Source: Myxococcota bacterium (lineage in GTDB: Bacteria; Myxococcota_A; UBA9160; SZUA-336). From it: 64,000 nt of DNA. The notes beneath the pieces were generated by a model. It had not been told where the DNA came from and ran no database searches. It saw nothing but the letters and a program-made list of their open reading frames with translations. Of this stretch, positions 8,972 to 19,046 are shown in pieces (positions within the stretch are counted from its first letter, which is position 1; each line of letters starts with the position of its first letter). The DNA lies in the NCBI GenBank assembly GCA_965247115.1, contig CBDFGR010000002.1:704001-768000 (forward strand), read 5' to 3'. Made by a program: the position numbers and the translations under genes.

Positions 8972-10444
8972 ATGACGGACCTTGAGCAGCACGTCTCGTT
9001 ACCGGGTCGCGACACTCTCGTGAAAGAGGTCCGCGAGAAGATCGATACGCTCGGCATCAAGTACATCTACTACCAGTTCGTGTCCGTCACCGGACGCATC
9101 GTCGGCAAGGGGGTACCCGCGGCCCACTGGGAGCAGATCGCAGAACGGGGCTTCCAACTCGTGTACGGCTCGACGGCAAACCTGTACACCGACCGCCACC
9201 GCAACTATATCGGCTACGGACCCGAGGCCTCCGAGCTTGTGGGCATCCCGGATCCCGAGACTTTTGTTCAGTTGCCGTGGGACAAACGGGTGGCGCGAGT
9301 GTTCTGCACGTGCTTCCGGAACCGCGAAGAGGAGGAGAACCCCGGCGGCCATCTGAGCTCCGATTGCCGCGGTAACCTGCGGATCCTCCACGACGCCTTC
9401 AAGAAAAAGCACGGGATGGAGCTGCGCCACGGAACGGAGCCCGAGATGATGTGGCTTCGTCGCGACGCTGCGGGAAACCCGGACGGCGGGTTCTCGAAGC
9501 CGAATTGTTACCACATCGATCAGTTCGAATCGCTGCGCCCCGTGTTCATGCAGGTGATCGAGTACTGCGACGCGATGGGCCTCGACATGATTCAGGGCGA
9601 CCACGAGGACGCACCGGGCCAGCTCGAGTTGAACTTCACCTTCGACGACGCACTGCGCACCTGCGATCGGCTCACTACCTACCGTCAGATCTGCGCCCAG
9701 GTGGCGCGCGAGCAACAGCTCATCGCGTGCTTCATGTCGAAACCCTTCATGGGCGTCTCGGCTTCGGGCTGCCACCACAATATGTCGCTCTGGTCTGGCG
9801 GCGAGAGCGTCGTCAACCCCCTCGCCAACGCTTCGATCCCCGGGCTGGACGACGTCTTCACCTATCGCCGCGCGGGGCAGAACCACTTCCTCCCGGATGC
9901 CGGTGCCGTCGATCGGCGGAAGCCCGGAGCGATCGGGCTCCAGTGCATTGGCGGTGTGATCGAGCATCTGTCCGCCCTCACTGCGATCGGCTGCTCGACC
10001 GTAAACTCCTACCGTCGACTTTGGGACACCGGCTTCTGGGCACCCGTCTTCGCCGACTGGGGCTATCAGAACCGCACCTGTGGTCTGCGCGTCTCGGCGC
10101 CAGGTCGCTTCGAGTACCGCGCCGTCGATTCGATGGTGAATCCCTATCTGATGGCGGGCGCCCTGCTCCAGGTCTTTGACGACGGAATCACGCGCGACCT
10201 GGACCCGGGGGAGCCCGAGTCGCGCAACATCTACGAGGCGCTGGAAGCCGGCAAGCTGGTGAAGAAGCTCCCACTCTCGCTCGGTGAAGCGCTGGCTCGC
10301 CTCGAGGAGGATGAGGTAGTTCGTTCCGCGCTCCCCGACGAGATGTATCGCGTCTTCATGCACTACAAGCGCGACGAATGGGAAAAATTCATGGCGACCG
10401 TCACCGAGTGGGACGTCGAGACCTATTTGGATTGCCTGCCGTAG
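8972..10444 (+). CDS. Second glutamine synthetase family ligase (GMAS-like)
   Basis: GDHEDAPGQLELNF, FMSKPF, SGCHHN, NSYRRL, NRT and EYRAVDSMVNPYL motifs. Confidence 0.82.
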   Translation: MTDLEQHVSLPGRDTLVKEVREKIDTLGIKYIYYQFVSVTGRIVGKGVPAAHWEQIAERGFQLVYGSTANLYTDRHRNYIGYGPEASELVGIPDPETFVQLPWDKRVARVFCTCFRNREEEENPGGHLSSDCRGNLRILHDAFKKKHGMELRHGTEPEMMWLRRDAAGNPDGGFSKPNCYHIDQFESLRPVFMQVIEYCDAMGLDMIQGDHEDAPGQLELNFTFDDALRTCDRLTTYRQICAQVAREQQLIACFMSKPFMGVSASGCHHNMSLWSGGESVVNPLANASIPGLDDVFTYRRAGQNHFLPDAGAVDRRKPGAIGLQCIGGVIEHLSALTAIGCSTVNSYRRLWDTGFWAPVFADWGYQNRTCGLRVSAPGRFEYRAVDSMVNPYLMAGALLQVFDDGITRDLDPGEPESRNIYEALEAGKLVKKLPLSLGEALARLEEDEVVRSALPDEMYRVFMHYKRDEWEKFMATVTEWDVETYLDCLP

Positions 10445-10460
10445 AACCAGGAGAAACGCG

Positions 10461-11396
10461 ATGTGTGGCATCGCGGGTGTAATTCACAAGAAGGCCCCGG
10501 GCGAGATCGGGCGCGAGCTCGCCTCGATGCTGCAGGCGATGCGGCATCGCGGGCCCGACTCCACCGGCTTCGCCCTCTACGGAGCGCCCAAAAAGGACCA
10601 CCACATCATGCGCTTCAAGGTGGCCGAGCAGGAGGATCTGGCCAAGAGCGTCGAGCTCCGTCGCCAGATCCGCGAGCGCAAGGCCCTGGTCGACACGCGG
10701 CTCCTCGATCTCAACGCCGTGGTCGAGGACGAATCCCAGCCCACCGAATACGCGCACCGCTACGTCCTTCAGTTTTCGGGAGAGATGCGCGAGCTGGCCG
10801 ACTACATCGAAGACCTGGAAGGCGTGGAGATCCTGTCGCTCGGCCATTCCCTCGAACTGGTCAAGGATCTCGGGGACGCCAACCGCGTCTGCTCGGACTA
10901 CGACCTGGGTGGCTTCGCTGGAATGCACGGGATCGGGCACGCACGCATGGCCACGGAATCCGATGTGGACATCCGCTCCGCCCATCCGTACTGGGCCTAT
11001 CCCTTCGATGACGTGGCCGTCGTCCACAACGGACAGCTCACGAACTACTGGACCTACCGGCGTGCGCTAGAGCGCCGCGGGCATCGCTTCATGTCGAACT
11101 GCGACTCGGAGTTGATCGCGGTGTACCTCGCTGACCGGATCGATCGTGGCGACGATCTCGAGGAAGCAATGCGACGAACGCTCGCCGAGCTCGACGGCGT
11201 CTTTACCTACCTGGTGACCACCTCGGACGCCCTGGGCATGGCGAAGGACGCGCTGGCTGCCAAGCCGATGGTCCTCTACGAATCGGCCGAGTTGATCGCG
11301 CTCGCCTCCGAGGAGGTTGCGATCCGCACCATCCTTCCCGGCGAGATCGAGACCGTCGACCCCTACGAAGGGGAGGTTCGGGTATGGCAGAGCTGA
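10461..11396 (+). CDS. glxB: Class II glutamine amidotransferase (N-methylglutamate synthase subunit A-like)
   Basis: MCGIAG, HRGPDSTG, GHARMATES, VHNG and ASEE motifs. Confidence 0.82.
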   Translation: MCGIAGVIHKKAPGEIGRELASMLQAMRHRGPDSTGFALYGAPKKDHHIMRFKVAEQEDLAKSVELRRQIRERKALVDTRLLDLNAVVEDESQPTEYAHRYVLQFSGEMRELADYIEDLEGVEILSLGHSLELVKDLGDANRVCSDYDLGGFAGMHGIGHARMATESDVDIRSAHPYWAYPFDDVAVVHNGQLTNYWTYRRALERRGHRFMSNCDSELIAVYLADRIDRGDDLEEAMRRTLAELDGVFTYLVTTSDALGMAKDALAAKPMVLYESAELIALASEEVAIRTILPGEIETVDPYEGEVRVWQS

Positions 11397-12229
11397 CTCC
11401 GGAGGCGCCGTCGCAGCGCACAGGTATGCACGCCGAAGTGCTGGCCGGTCGCACCCAGCAGGTCTTCTTCTCTCCCGAAGAGGAGGAGAACTTCCTCTAC
11501 CCCGATTCGTTCGTGGTCGACCTCGAAAAACACAGCGAGTTCAACGCCGAGAAGATCAGCGCAAAGGACGTCAACCGAAAGATCTCCGAGCTGATGCGGG
11601 AGGGTTGCGGGAGCATCACGATCCGCAACCCCGGCGCGAAGCACTCCATCGCGGTGGGGATCCTGAACCGGCTCTCACTCCAGATCGAGGGGAGCCTAGG
11701 GTACTTCGGATGCGGGCTGATCGACGGCCCCAACGTGCGGATCGCGGGGCGCGTTGGCTGGTCCTGCGCCGAGAACATGATGGCGGGCACCGTGGTTGTC
11801 GAGAAGAACGCGGGCTCGCTATTCGGCGCGGCGCTGCGCGGCGGGGACCTCGTCTGCAAAGGAGATGTTGGCGCGCGGACCGGCATCGATATGAAGGGCG
11901 GCACGATCCTGGTCGGCGGTCGCACCGGCGCCTTCTCCGGGTTCATGATGCAGCGCGGCCGGCTGGTCGTATTGGGCGACGCGGGCGAGAACCTCGGCGA
12001 CTCGCTCTACGACGGAACCATCTTCGTCGGAGGCAAGATCCAAAGCCTCGGGATCGACGCGGTCGAGGCAGAACTGACCGCTCTCGACATTCAGTGGCTG
12101 GAGCGAAAGCTGGAGCTCTATGGGCTCGAAGCACCAGAGGGCGCGGCGAACATGACCAAGATCGTTGCGGGCAAGCAGCTTTGGAACTACGACAACCTCG
12201 AGCCTGCCGAGAAGAAGCTGGTGCTCTGA
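11384..12229 (+). CDS. glxC: GltB/FwdC GXGXG-domain protein (N-methylglutamate synthase subunit B-like)
   Basis: Repeated GxGxG beta-helix motifs (AENMMAG, GARTGIDMKGG, GDSLY). Confidence 0.82.
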   Translation: MAELTPEAPSQRTGMHAEVLAGRTQQVFFSPEEEENFLYPDSFVVDLEKHSEFNAEKISAKDVNRKISELMREGCGSITIRNPGAKHSIAVGILNRLSLQIEGSLGYFGCGLIDGPNVRIAGRVGWSCAENMMAGTVVVEKNAGSLFGAALRGGDLVCKGDVGARTGIDMKGGTILVGGRTGAFSGFMMQRGRLVVLGDAGENLGDSLYDGTIFVGGKIQSLGIDAVEAELTALDIQWLERKLELYGLEAPEGAANMTKIVAGKQLWNYDNLEPAEKKLVL

Positions 12230-12248
12230 GCACCGAAAGGAAGCGGGC

Positions 12249-13601
12249 ATGAGTCCGGAGCGCAAGAAAGCGGAGCGTGCGCGTCACGTCCTCGGTCACA
12301 GCAGCCTCTTTACGCCCGAAGTCATCGACGACATCCACATCAAGGCCGAGCTCGGGCGCTACCGGATGCGCGGCTTCTCGATGTTCAAGCGTATTCCCAG
12401 CTGGGACGATCTCACCTTCCTGCCCGGCACGCTGACCCGCTTCGTGATCGAAGGCTACCGCGAGAGATGCGAGACCCGGACGGTTCTCGGACCGCGCGCC
12501 AAGCGTCCGCTCGAGCTCGACATCCCGATCTACATCACAGGGATGAGCTTCGGCGCGCTCTCCTACGAGGCGAAGATCGCGCTGGCTCGGGGGGCCACCA
12601 TGGCGGGTACGGCGACTTGCTCCGGAGAGGGCGGGATGATCCCCGACGAACGCCGCTACTCGACAAAGTGGTTCTACCAGTGCATCCAGTCGCGCTACGG
12701 GTTCAACCCACACCACCTCCGCCTCGCCGACGCGTGCGAGTTCTTCATCGGGCAGGGCTGCAAGGTCGGACTCGGTGGCCATCTGATGGGACAGAAGATC
12801 ACCGATCAAGTCGCCGAGATGCGCTCGCTTCCCGCCGGTATCGATCAGCGCTCGCCGGCGCGCCATCCCGACTGGCTGGGACCCGACGACCTCGCGCTGA
12901 AGATCGAGGAGATCCGCGAAGCCACCCACGGCGAGATCCCGATCCAGCTCAAGCTCGGCGCCGCGCGCGTCTACGACGACGTGCGGATGGCCGCGAAGAC
13001 CGACCCAGACTGCATCTACATGGACGGCATGGAGGGGGGCACCGGCGCCGGCCCGCACCTGGCGGCGGAGGATACCGGCGTTCCCGGAATCGCCGCGATC
13101 CGTCAGGCGCGCAAGGCCCTCGACGACGTGGGAAGGTCGGGGGAGATCTCGCTCATCTACGCTGGCGGGATTCGCAACGGAGGCGACGTTGCCAAAGCGC
13201 TGGCGCTTGGCGCCGACGCGGTCGCAATCGGTCACTCGTCGTTGATCGCGCTCAACTGCAACAGAGACATCCCGGAGTCGGACTTCGAGACAGAGATCGG
13301 TGTCGAAGCAGGGAGCTGCTATCACTGCCATACGGGGCGCTGTCCGGTGGGGATCGCTACTCAGGACCCCGAGCTGCGCAAGCGCCTGAATCCCGACAAG
13401 GGCGCCGAGCGCGTTTATAACTTTCTGCACACCCTCGCGCTCGAATGCCAGATGCTGGCCCGCGCCTGTGGCAAGACCAGCGTGCACTCGCTCGAACCCG
13501 AAGATCTGGCCGCCCTGACAATGGAGGCCTCGGCCCTCGCCATGGTTCCCCTCGCGGGCACGCAGTACACCGTTGGTCAGCCCGACATGAACCGCTACTA
13601 G
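12249..13601 (+). CDS. glxD: FMN-binding glutamate synthase family protein (N-methylglutamate synthase subunit C-like)
   Basis: MSFGALS, GEGG, GQGCKVGLGGHL and GGIRNG motifs, CYHCHTGRCPVGIATQ cluster motif; ATG at 12249. Confidence 0.88.
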   Translation: MSPERKKAERARHVLGHSSLFTPEVIDDIHIKAELGRYRMRGFSMFKRIPSWDDLTFLPGTLTRFVIEGYRERCETRTVLGPRAKRPLELDIPIYITGMSFGALSYEAKIALARGATMAGTATCSGEGGMIPDERRYSTKWFYQCIQSRYGFNPHHLRLADACEFFIGQGCKVGLGGHLMGQKITDQVAEMRSLPAGIDQRSPARHPDWLGPDDLALKIEEIREATHGEIPIQLKLGAARVYDDVRMAAKTDPDCIYMDGMEGGTGAGPHLAAEDTGVPGIAAIRQARKALDDVGRSGEISLIYAGGIRNGGDVAKALALGADAVAIGHSSLIALNCNRDIPESDFETEIGVEAGSCYHCHTGRCPVGIATQDPELRKRLNPDKGAERVYNFLHTLALECQMLARACGKTSVHSLEPEDLAALTMEASALAMVPLAGTQYTVGQPDMNRY

Positions 13602-13611
13602 GAGTACCTCC

Positions 13612-14001
13612 GTGGGCGACCCAAAGGACGTCGATCATTTCCTGCAAAGCGACGGGATCGAGAGCGATCGAGAGCGCGACATTGGCCAGCACATCGGCTA
13701 CCGCTACGACGTCAACCTCCTGCCCGACTACGAGCGCCTCACGCCCTTCCTCAGGAAGTACATCGAGGTGATGGGGTGGAGGGATCTCAACTGGCTCGAG
13801 GACGTCCACATGGGGTATGAGGAAGGGCGCTCCGCGGTCTTCGATCGCAACATCAACGGCTGGGTCACGGTCTCGCCAGGCATGAAGCTCCCGGACAACC
13901 AGCAGGATCGCGACATGATCGCGCGCGAGCTCCTGGTGAAGTTTCAGATGTCGCGTCAGCACCCGATGGTCGAGCTCAACGAGGCTTACCGAAAGTTCTG
14001 A
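13612..14001 (+). CDS. Hypothetical protein, last gene of the glx operon
   Basis: AGGAG RBS, 10 bp after glxD, typical codon usage. Confidence 0.75.
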   Translation: MGDPKDVDHFLQSDGIESDRERDIGQHIGYRYDVNLLPDYERLTPFLRKYIEVMGWRDLNWLEDVHMGYEEGRSAVFDRNINGWVTVSPGMKLPDNQQDRDMIARELLVKFQMSRQHPMVELNEAYRKF

Positions 14002-14038
14002 CGGCGGATACCAGCGTGGTCAGCGTCCTCCTTCGCGC

Positions 14039-14812
14039 TCAAACCGCGGTGTAGCCGCCGTCGACCAGGAGGTCGGCGCCTGTCATGAACGAGGACTCGT
14101 TGCTCGCGAGGAACACCGCTGCAGCCGCGATTTCGTCGGGCTGACCCAGGCGCCCCAGCACGTGACGAGGTGCCAGATAGCTCCGGGCGCTCTCCATGTC
14201 CCCGAAGGCGGCGACCAGCCTCTGCGTCTCTATAGCCCCGGGGGAGAGGCTGTTTGCCCGGATGCCCTGGTCGGCGTGATCAACGGCGAGTGCGCGCGTC
14301 AGGTGTACGAGACCTGCCTTCGTGGCGCAGTACGCCGGCGTGCGTGGCATGGCGACGCGCGCGAGCTGCGAGGCCACGTTGATGATGCTTCCCCCGCCCG
14401 AGTCGGCCATCAACGGAATCGCCTCCTTGCAGGTCAGGAAGGCTCCTCCGAGGTTGACGTCGAGGGTCCGTTGCCAGTCGCGATAGTCGATCTCGGTCAC
14501 GCGACCGCCGCCATCCTGTCGGGCAGCGGCGTTCACCAGGATGTGGAGGGCCCCACAGCGCTCGCGGACCGTATCGACGGCCGCGTGCACGGACGTCGGG
14601 TCCGCCACATCACAGCGCAGTCCGAAGGTGTCGCCAGCGGGGTCCGCGAAGGCGCGCGCGGCCGCCGCTGCGGCTTCCGCCGCTTGCCGATCGACATCGA
14701 GGCAGGCGACCACAGCCCCCTCGGCGGCGAAGGCCAGCACGATTGCGCGGCCAATGCCTGCGCCGGCACCGGTCACCAGCGCTACGCGGTCGCTCAGGCG
14801 CTGGCTCGACAT
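14039..14812 (-). CDS. SDR family oxidoreductase
   Basis: TGAGAGIG, YCATK and VDGG motifs. Confidence 0.92.
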   Translation of the reverse strand: MSSQRLSDRVALVTGAGAGIGRAIVLAFAAEGAVVACLDVDRQAAEAAAAAARAFADPAGDTFGLRCDVADPTSVHAAVDTVRERCGALHILVNAAARQDGGGRVTEIDYRDWQRTLDVNLGGAFLTCKEAIPLMADSGGGSIINVASQLARVAMPRTPAYCATKAGLVHLTRALAVDHADQGIRANSLSPGAIETQRLVAAFGDMESARSYLAPRHVLGRLGQPDEIAAAAVFLASNESSFMTGADLLVDGGYTAV

Positions 14813-14822
14813 CGCCGGAGGC

Positions 14823-15941
14823 TCAAATGCCAAAGAACGTGGCGGCGTTCCGGCCCAAGATTTTCTCCACGGAGCTCTCGGGGAGTCGGGCTAGCGCTTC
14901 TCGCGCTTTCTCCACGGGTCGCACGAAGCCCTCGGCGTGCGGGTAGTCCGAGCCGATGAAGAACTTATCGTCCCCCACGAGCTCGACCATGTAAGGCAGC
15001 GCGCGCTCGTCCGGATCCGCCGAGACCCAGACGTTGCGGGCGAAGTACTCGCTGGGTGGGCGCTTCATCTGCGTGGTGTGACCCATGTAGCTGTAGCGGT
15101 AGTCGAACCGATCCAGCCACTCCACGACCCAGCCGCTCGCAGACTCGACAACGGCGACCCGCAGCGTCGGGAAACGCTCGAACACGCCGTCGTAGACCAT
15201 CGTCGTGAGCGCCATGCGCGGGTCCTGGATTAAGTTCATGCTCGCGAACATGAAGTCGGCACGCGGCTCGCGGTGCCACTCGTTTCCGAGGTACTGGGGA
15301 TGGACTACGAGGTGCAGATTCAAGGCCAGATCCAGCGCCTGGGCGGCCGACCAGACCTGGTCGAAGTCCGGGTGCCCAAAGCTCTTTCCATCGACTGGCA
15401 TGGCGCCGACGAAGGCCGCGCGGGACCCCTCGCCCGCCAGCCACTCCAGCTCCTGGACGGCTGCGGCTGGGTCCCGGAGGGAGATGTGACCTACCGGGTA
15501 CAGCCGATCCCGGTACCCGCCGCAGACCTCGAGTGTCCAGCGGTTATAGGCGCGACAGTGAGCCGCCGCGAGCTCCGGGTCCCGCACCATCGCGTCCGTG
15601 AGGAGCCCCAGCGACGGATAGAGGAACTGACATGCAAAGCCCTCGCGATCCAGGAAGGCGATGCGCTCGGACACGTCGTCGAGGTCGCGCCCGAACACCT
15701 CGGACACGTCGAAGGAGCCGAGGCCCTTTCCCTCTTCCTTCTGACCGTACCCGACCAGAACACCCAGCAGATCCTCGGCGCCGTAAGGGGAGTATCGGCC
15801 ATCGGCAAAGACCGCGAGGCGATCGTCATCGGGTCTTCGCGTCAGCCTCAGACAGCGCTCGCGGAAGCGCGGCTCGATGTAGCGCTGCCACAGATCGAAA
15901 GGCTCGATGAAGTGACCGTCTGCATCGATGATCCGTGCCAT
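14823..15941 (-). CDS. Amidohydrolase_2 family protein
   Basis: IDADGH, ERFPTLR and GSDYPH motifs. Confidence 0.9.
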   Translation of the reverse strand: MARIIDADGHFIEPFDLWQRYIEPRFRERCLRLTRRPDDDRLAVFADGRYSPYGAEDLLGVLVGYGQKEEGKGLGSFDVSEVFGRDLDDVSERIAFLDREGFACQFLYPSLGLLTDAMVRDPELAAAHCRAYNRWTLEVCGGYRDRLYPVGHISLRDPAAAVQELEWLAGEGSRAAFVGAMPVDGKSFGHPDFDQVWSAAQALDLALNLHLVVHPQYLGNEWHREPRADFMFASMNLIQDPRMALTTMVYDGVFERFPTLRVAVVESASGWVVEWLDRFDYRYSYMGHTTQMKRPPSEYFARNVWVSADPDERALPYMVELVGDDKFFIGSDYPHAEGFVRPVEKAREALARLPESSVEKILGRNAATFFGI

Positions 15942-15983
15942 ATTCAAGCCCCTGACAAGAGTTCCATGATACCAGGTTAGGAG

Positions 15984-16910
15984 TTGATGTCGTTGAGGAA
16001 TCTTCCTGCGTGGAGCCTTTGTAGCTTCATGGCCCTGGGCCTGGCCCTTCCATGCGCTGCGCAGGAGCTACAGCCTCGGCGGTGGGGCCACCTTCCGATG
16101 GGAGCCAACTTTGCCGGCGCAGCCTATTCCTACACGGAGGCGGACATATTCTTCGACCCCATACTCCGTCTCGATGACGTCGAGATGGAGGGGCATACAT
16201 GGGCGGCCAGATACATCCGCACGTTTGAGCTGCTCGAGAGATCCGCACGCGTCGATTTCGTGCAAGCCATCCAACGGGGTCGTTGGACTGGACTGGTCAA
16301 TGGCGTTCCCGCAGCCACGAAGCGGACTGGCTTGTCCGATTCAATCGTGCGCTTTGCAATCAATCTGTACGGAGGTCCGCCGTTGGAGGGTAAGGAGTTC
16401 GCTGCCCACCGGGCAAAGACGGAGGTCGAGACCATCGTCGGAGCTGCTCTGGCGGTGCACCTTCCGACTGGTGAATACATGGATGACAGACTCATCAATC
16501 TAGGCACAAACAGGTTTACGTTTCGCCCACAGCTCGGAATCGTGCACAACCGGGGACCATGGTCGATGGAAGTCACAGGTGCGGCCTGGCTCTATACGGA
16601 CAATGATGAGTTCTTCAATGGGAGCAAGCTTGAGAACGATCCGCTCTACACGATCCAAGCTCATCTCATTTACAATCTTCACCCCGGCCTCTGGGGCGCA
16701 GCGAGTGTTGCCTACGGCTACGGCGCAGAATCCAGCCTGAACGGCGAAGCGCAGGGAGACCGGAGGGGGAACCTGGTCTGGGCGCTCGGCTTGGGCTATC
16801 CGATCACACAGCGCTTTGGCGTCAACATCAGGTATGTCGGCACCCGTTCCCAGGAGTCCGTCGGTCAGGACTCTGACCAGGTGGTTGTGAGCCTGGCTGT
16901 CTCATGGTAA
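15984..16910 (+). CDS. Outer-membrane beta-barrel transporter (Phenol_MetA_deg-like)
   Basis: Signal peptide, PTGEY..LINLGTNRF motif, terminal Trp. Confidence 0.75.
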   Translation: MMSLRNLPAWSLCSFMALGLALPCAAQELQPRRWGHLPMGANFAGAAYSYTEADIFFDPILRLDDVEMEGHTWAARYIRTFELLERSARVDFVQAIQRGRWTGLVNGVPAATKRTGLSDSIVRFAINLYGGPPLEGKEFAAHRAKTEVETIVGAALAVHLPTGEYMDDRLINLGTNRFTFRPQLGIVHNRGPWSMEVTGAAWLYTDNDEFFNGSKLENDPLYTIQAHLIYNLHPGLWGAASVAYGYGAESSLNGEAQGDRRGNLVWALGLGYPITQRFGVNIRYVGTRSQESVGQDSDQVVVSLAVSW

Positions 16911-17055
16911 CCGCACGCTACTTCGGTGACGACCGCGTCGCGCATCGCCGAACTCCGCGCTGAGCGGCGCCGCCTCGTCGAAGAACTCGAGCGTTCGGTC
17001 GGCACGCTAAATCGCGGGGAGGGCGGGCCGATACGCCTACAGCTGCGTCAATCCG

Positions 17056-18063
17056 ATGGAGGAACGCGTGGACATCGTCGCCAAGATGAAACGGGACTGG
17101 AACCGTCGCGCCCGGCACGACGCTCGCTTCTGGATCGCGACCAACGATTTTCGCAACGATGCCGAGTTCGATTCCTCAGGGGAGGCGACACGGCTAGCGC
17201 TACTCCGCCTGCTTGGCGACCACTACGACCCTGGCTGGACAGTGCTCGAAGTGGGCTGTGGCATCGGACGGGTGCTCAAGCCGCTGGCCAGGGACTTTGC
17301 CCGTCTCTGCGGCATCGACGTCGCTCCCGAGATGATTGCGCGCAGCCGCGATTGGCTGGGGGGACTGAGCAACGTGGAGGCCCGCGAGGGATCTGGCGTC
17401 GATCTCTCGGGCTTCGCGGATAGGAGCTTCGACCTCGCCTTTTCTTACGTCGCTTTCCAGCACATGCCGCGACCTGTGTTCGCGGCCTATCTGGCGGAGA
17501 TCAACCGGGTCCTGCGCGATGGTTCCCTGTTCGCACTGCAGGTGATCGTTGGCAGGCTAATCGACCCATCGTTCGAGGACACGATCACCATCCGTGCGTA
17601 CGAGCCAGATGAGCTCTGTGCTCACCTCTCGCTGAGCGGGTTCGAACTCATCTCGGATCTCCCCATGCTGACGCCGGAAAATCCGCTTGCCAGTCCCTTC
17701 CTTCTGGCTCGCCGGTCGCGGCCCATCAACCAGCCGCAGGCGAACGAGTGGCACGGACTCAGGTGTCGCAACGAGGTGTCCCCTCTAGACGATCACCTGC
17801 ACCTCTATCTCGCTCACGATCAGCTGGTGCGTGGGCAGCGCAAGGCGGCGATCGACACGCTCTCCCGCCTGGTTCTGAACAGTCCCGCGCACCTCTGTGG
17901 CTGGACCGAGCTCGTCACGCTTCTGCTCGAGGAGGGGCAGGTCGTCCCGGCCATCGACGCGCTCGAACGGATGTTGCGTGCAAATCCGGAGTACGAGCCC
18001 GCTCGTCGGCACCTCTCTGAGCTGCATACGCTCGTGAGGAGGTCACACTCGGGCAGCTGCTAG
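17056..18063 (+). CDS. Class I SAM-dependent methyltransferase with C-terminal TPR-like helices
   Basis: VLEVGCGIGR, GIDVAPEM and FQH motifs; TPR-like tail. Confidence 0.82.
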   Translation: MEERVDIVAKMKRDWNRRARHDARFWIATNDFRNDAEFDSSGEATRLALLRLLGDHYDPGWTVLEVGCGIGRVLKPLARDFARLCGIDVAPEMIARSRDWLGGLSNVEAREGSGVDLSGFADRSFDLAFSYVAFQHMPRPVFAAYLAEINRVLRDGSLFALQVIVGRLIDPSFEDTITIRAYEPDELCAHLSLSGFELISDLPMLTPENPLASPFLLARRSRPINQPQANEWHGLRCRNEVSPLDDHLHLYLAHDQLVRGQRKAAIDTLSRLVLNSPAHLCGWTELVTLLLEEGQVVPAIDALERMLRANPEYEPARRHLSELHTLVRRSHSGSC

Positions 18064-18145
18064 GCCCGCACGGCGAGCTGCACTGCGGGGTACCGGACCG
18101 GACCCAGGCTGAATTTGCCTCGCCGACTGGTTTATCCTTCCTGCC

Positions 18146-18604
18146 ATGAAGATTGCGCTAGCACGCGTGCGCGAGCTGCTGAAGCGCAAAGGGAGTGTGG
18201 GCGAGCGCTCGTTCCTCGAGGCAGCCATGGCAGTGAGCGCGCTCGTGTCTATGGCCGACCGAGAGGTTCGTTTCTCGGAGCAGATCGGCCTCGACTACGT
18301 GCTCGATAACGCGAAGCGGCTCGAGACGGTGGATCCTCACGAGGCCGTCGAGATTCACCGGCGCTACGTCGAGGCGATCCGCGACGATGCAGCCGTGGGG
18401 CAGCGCGCCGCACTCGAGGTCATCGCGCGCTTTCGAGAGGACCCGGACTCCGCGAGCTTGCTTCTCGCGGTGGGACTTGCGATCGCAAAGGCTGACAGCG
18501 AGGTCTCGGCCGTCGAGGACCGCGCGCTCGCCGAGATCTGCGACACACTGCAGCTTCCTCACGACGCGCCATTCCTCTGGAAGCATCCAGGTGAGACGAG
18601 CTAG
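18146..18604 (+). CDS. TerB family protein
   Basis: SMAD..SE and IAKADSEVSAVE..LAEIC..L repeats. Confidence 0.8.
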   Translation: MKIALARVRELLKRKGSVGERSFLEAAMAVSALVSMADREVRFSEQIGLDYVLDNAKRLETVDPHEAVEIHRRYVEAIRDDAAVGQRAALEVIARFREDPDSASLLLAVGLAIAKADSEVSAVEDRALAEICDTLQLPHDAPFLWKHPGETS

Positions 18605-18614
18605 ATCCTGAGCG

Positions 18615-19046
18615 CTACAGGTCCGACTGCCCCCCTGTAGGAACGCTCAGCAGCCAAACGACCAGGGTCAGCAGCGCTGCGCCCACAACGAGCTTCGCCC
18701 AGGGGTTCACGACGAAGAAAACCAGCGAGCTCCCACCCACGAGTCCGATCATCACGATCGCCGTGACCTTGACATGCCTGGCAATGCTGCGGGACTCGCG
18801 CCAGTCCCTGATCATCGGGCCGAACAGGCGGTTCGCGAGCAGCCAGTCGTAGAAGGGCGTCGAAGAGCGCGCGAAGCAGGCTGCGGCCACCAGCAGGAAG
18901 GGCGTCGTCGGCAGCACGGGCAGCACCGCTCCGAGCGCACCGAGCCCTACGAACACAAATCCGGTTCCGAGGAGCAACGTACGCACGGCCCTGGACTGGA
19001 TGAGCGCCGGTTTGGGAGCCCGCTCGCGTTCCCGTTTGACAGTCAC
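18615..19046 (-). CDS. YbaN/DUF454 inner membrane protein
   Basis: LPVLPTTPFLLVAAACFARSS signature. Confidence 0.9.
   Translation of the reverse strand: MTVKRERERAPKPALIQSRAVRTLLLGTGFVFVGLGALGAVLPVLPTTPFLLVAAACFARSSTPFYDWLLANRLFGPMIRDWRESRSIARHVKVTAIVMIGLVGGSSLVFFVVNPWAKLVVGAALLTLVVWLLSVPTGGQSDL

Noticed and set aside
8999..13487. Long antisense ORFs (e.g. 8999..10471, 11943..13487; likewise 29024..30352, 33412..35178, 51007..52419)
   Set aside because: Shadow frames of high-GC genes, with no motifs, opposite well-supported CDSs.
16926..17055. Short helical peptide (SRIAELRAERRRLVEELE) upstream of the methyltransferase
   Set aside because: No RBS and it runs out of frame into the next gene; possibly a remnant but unsupported.
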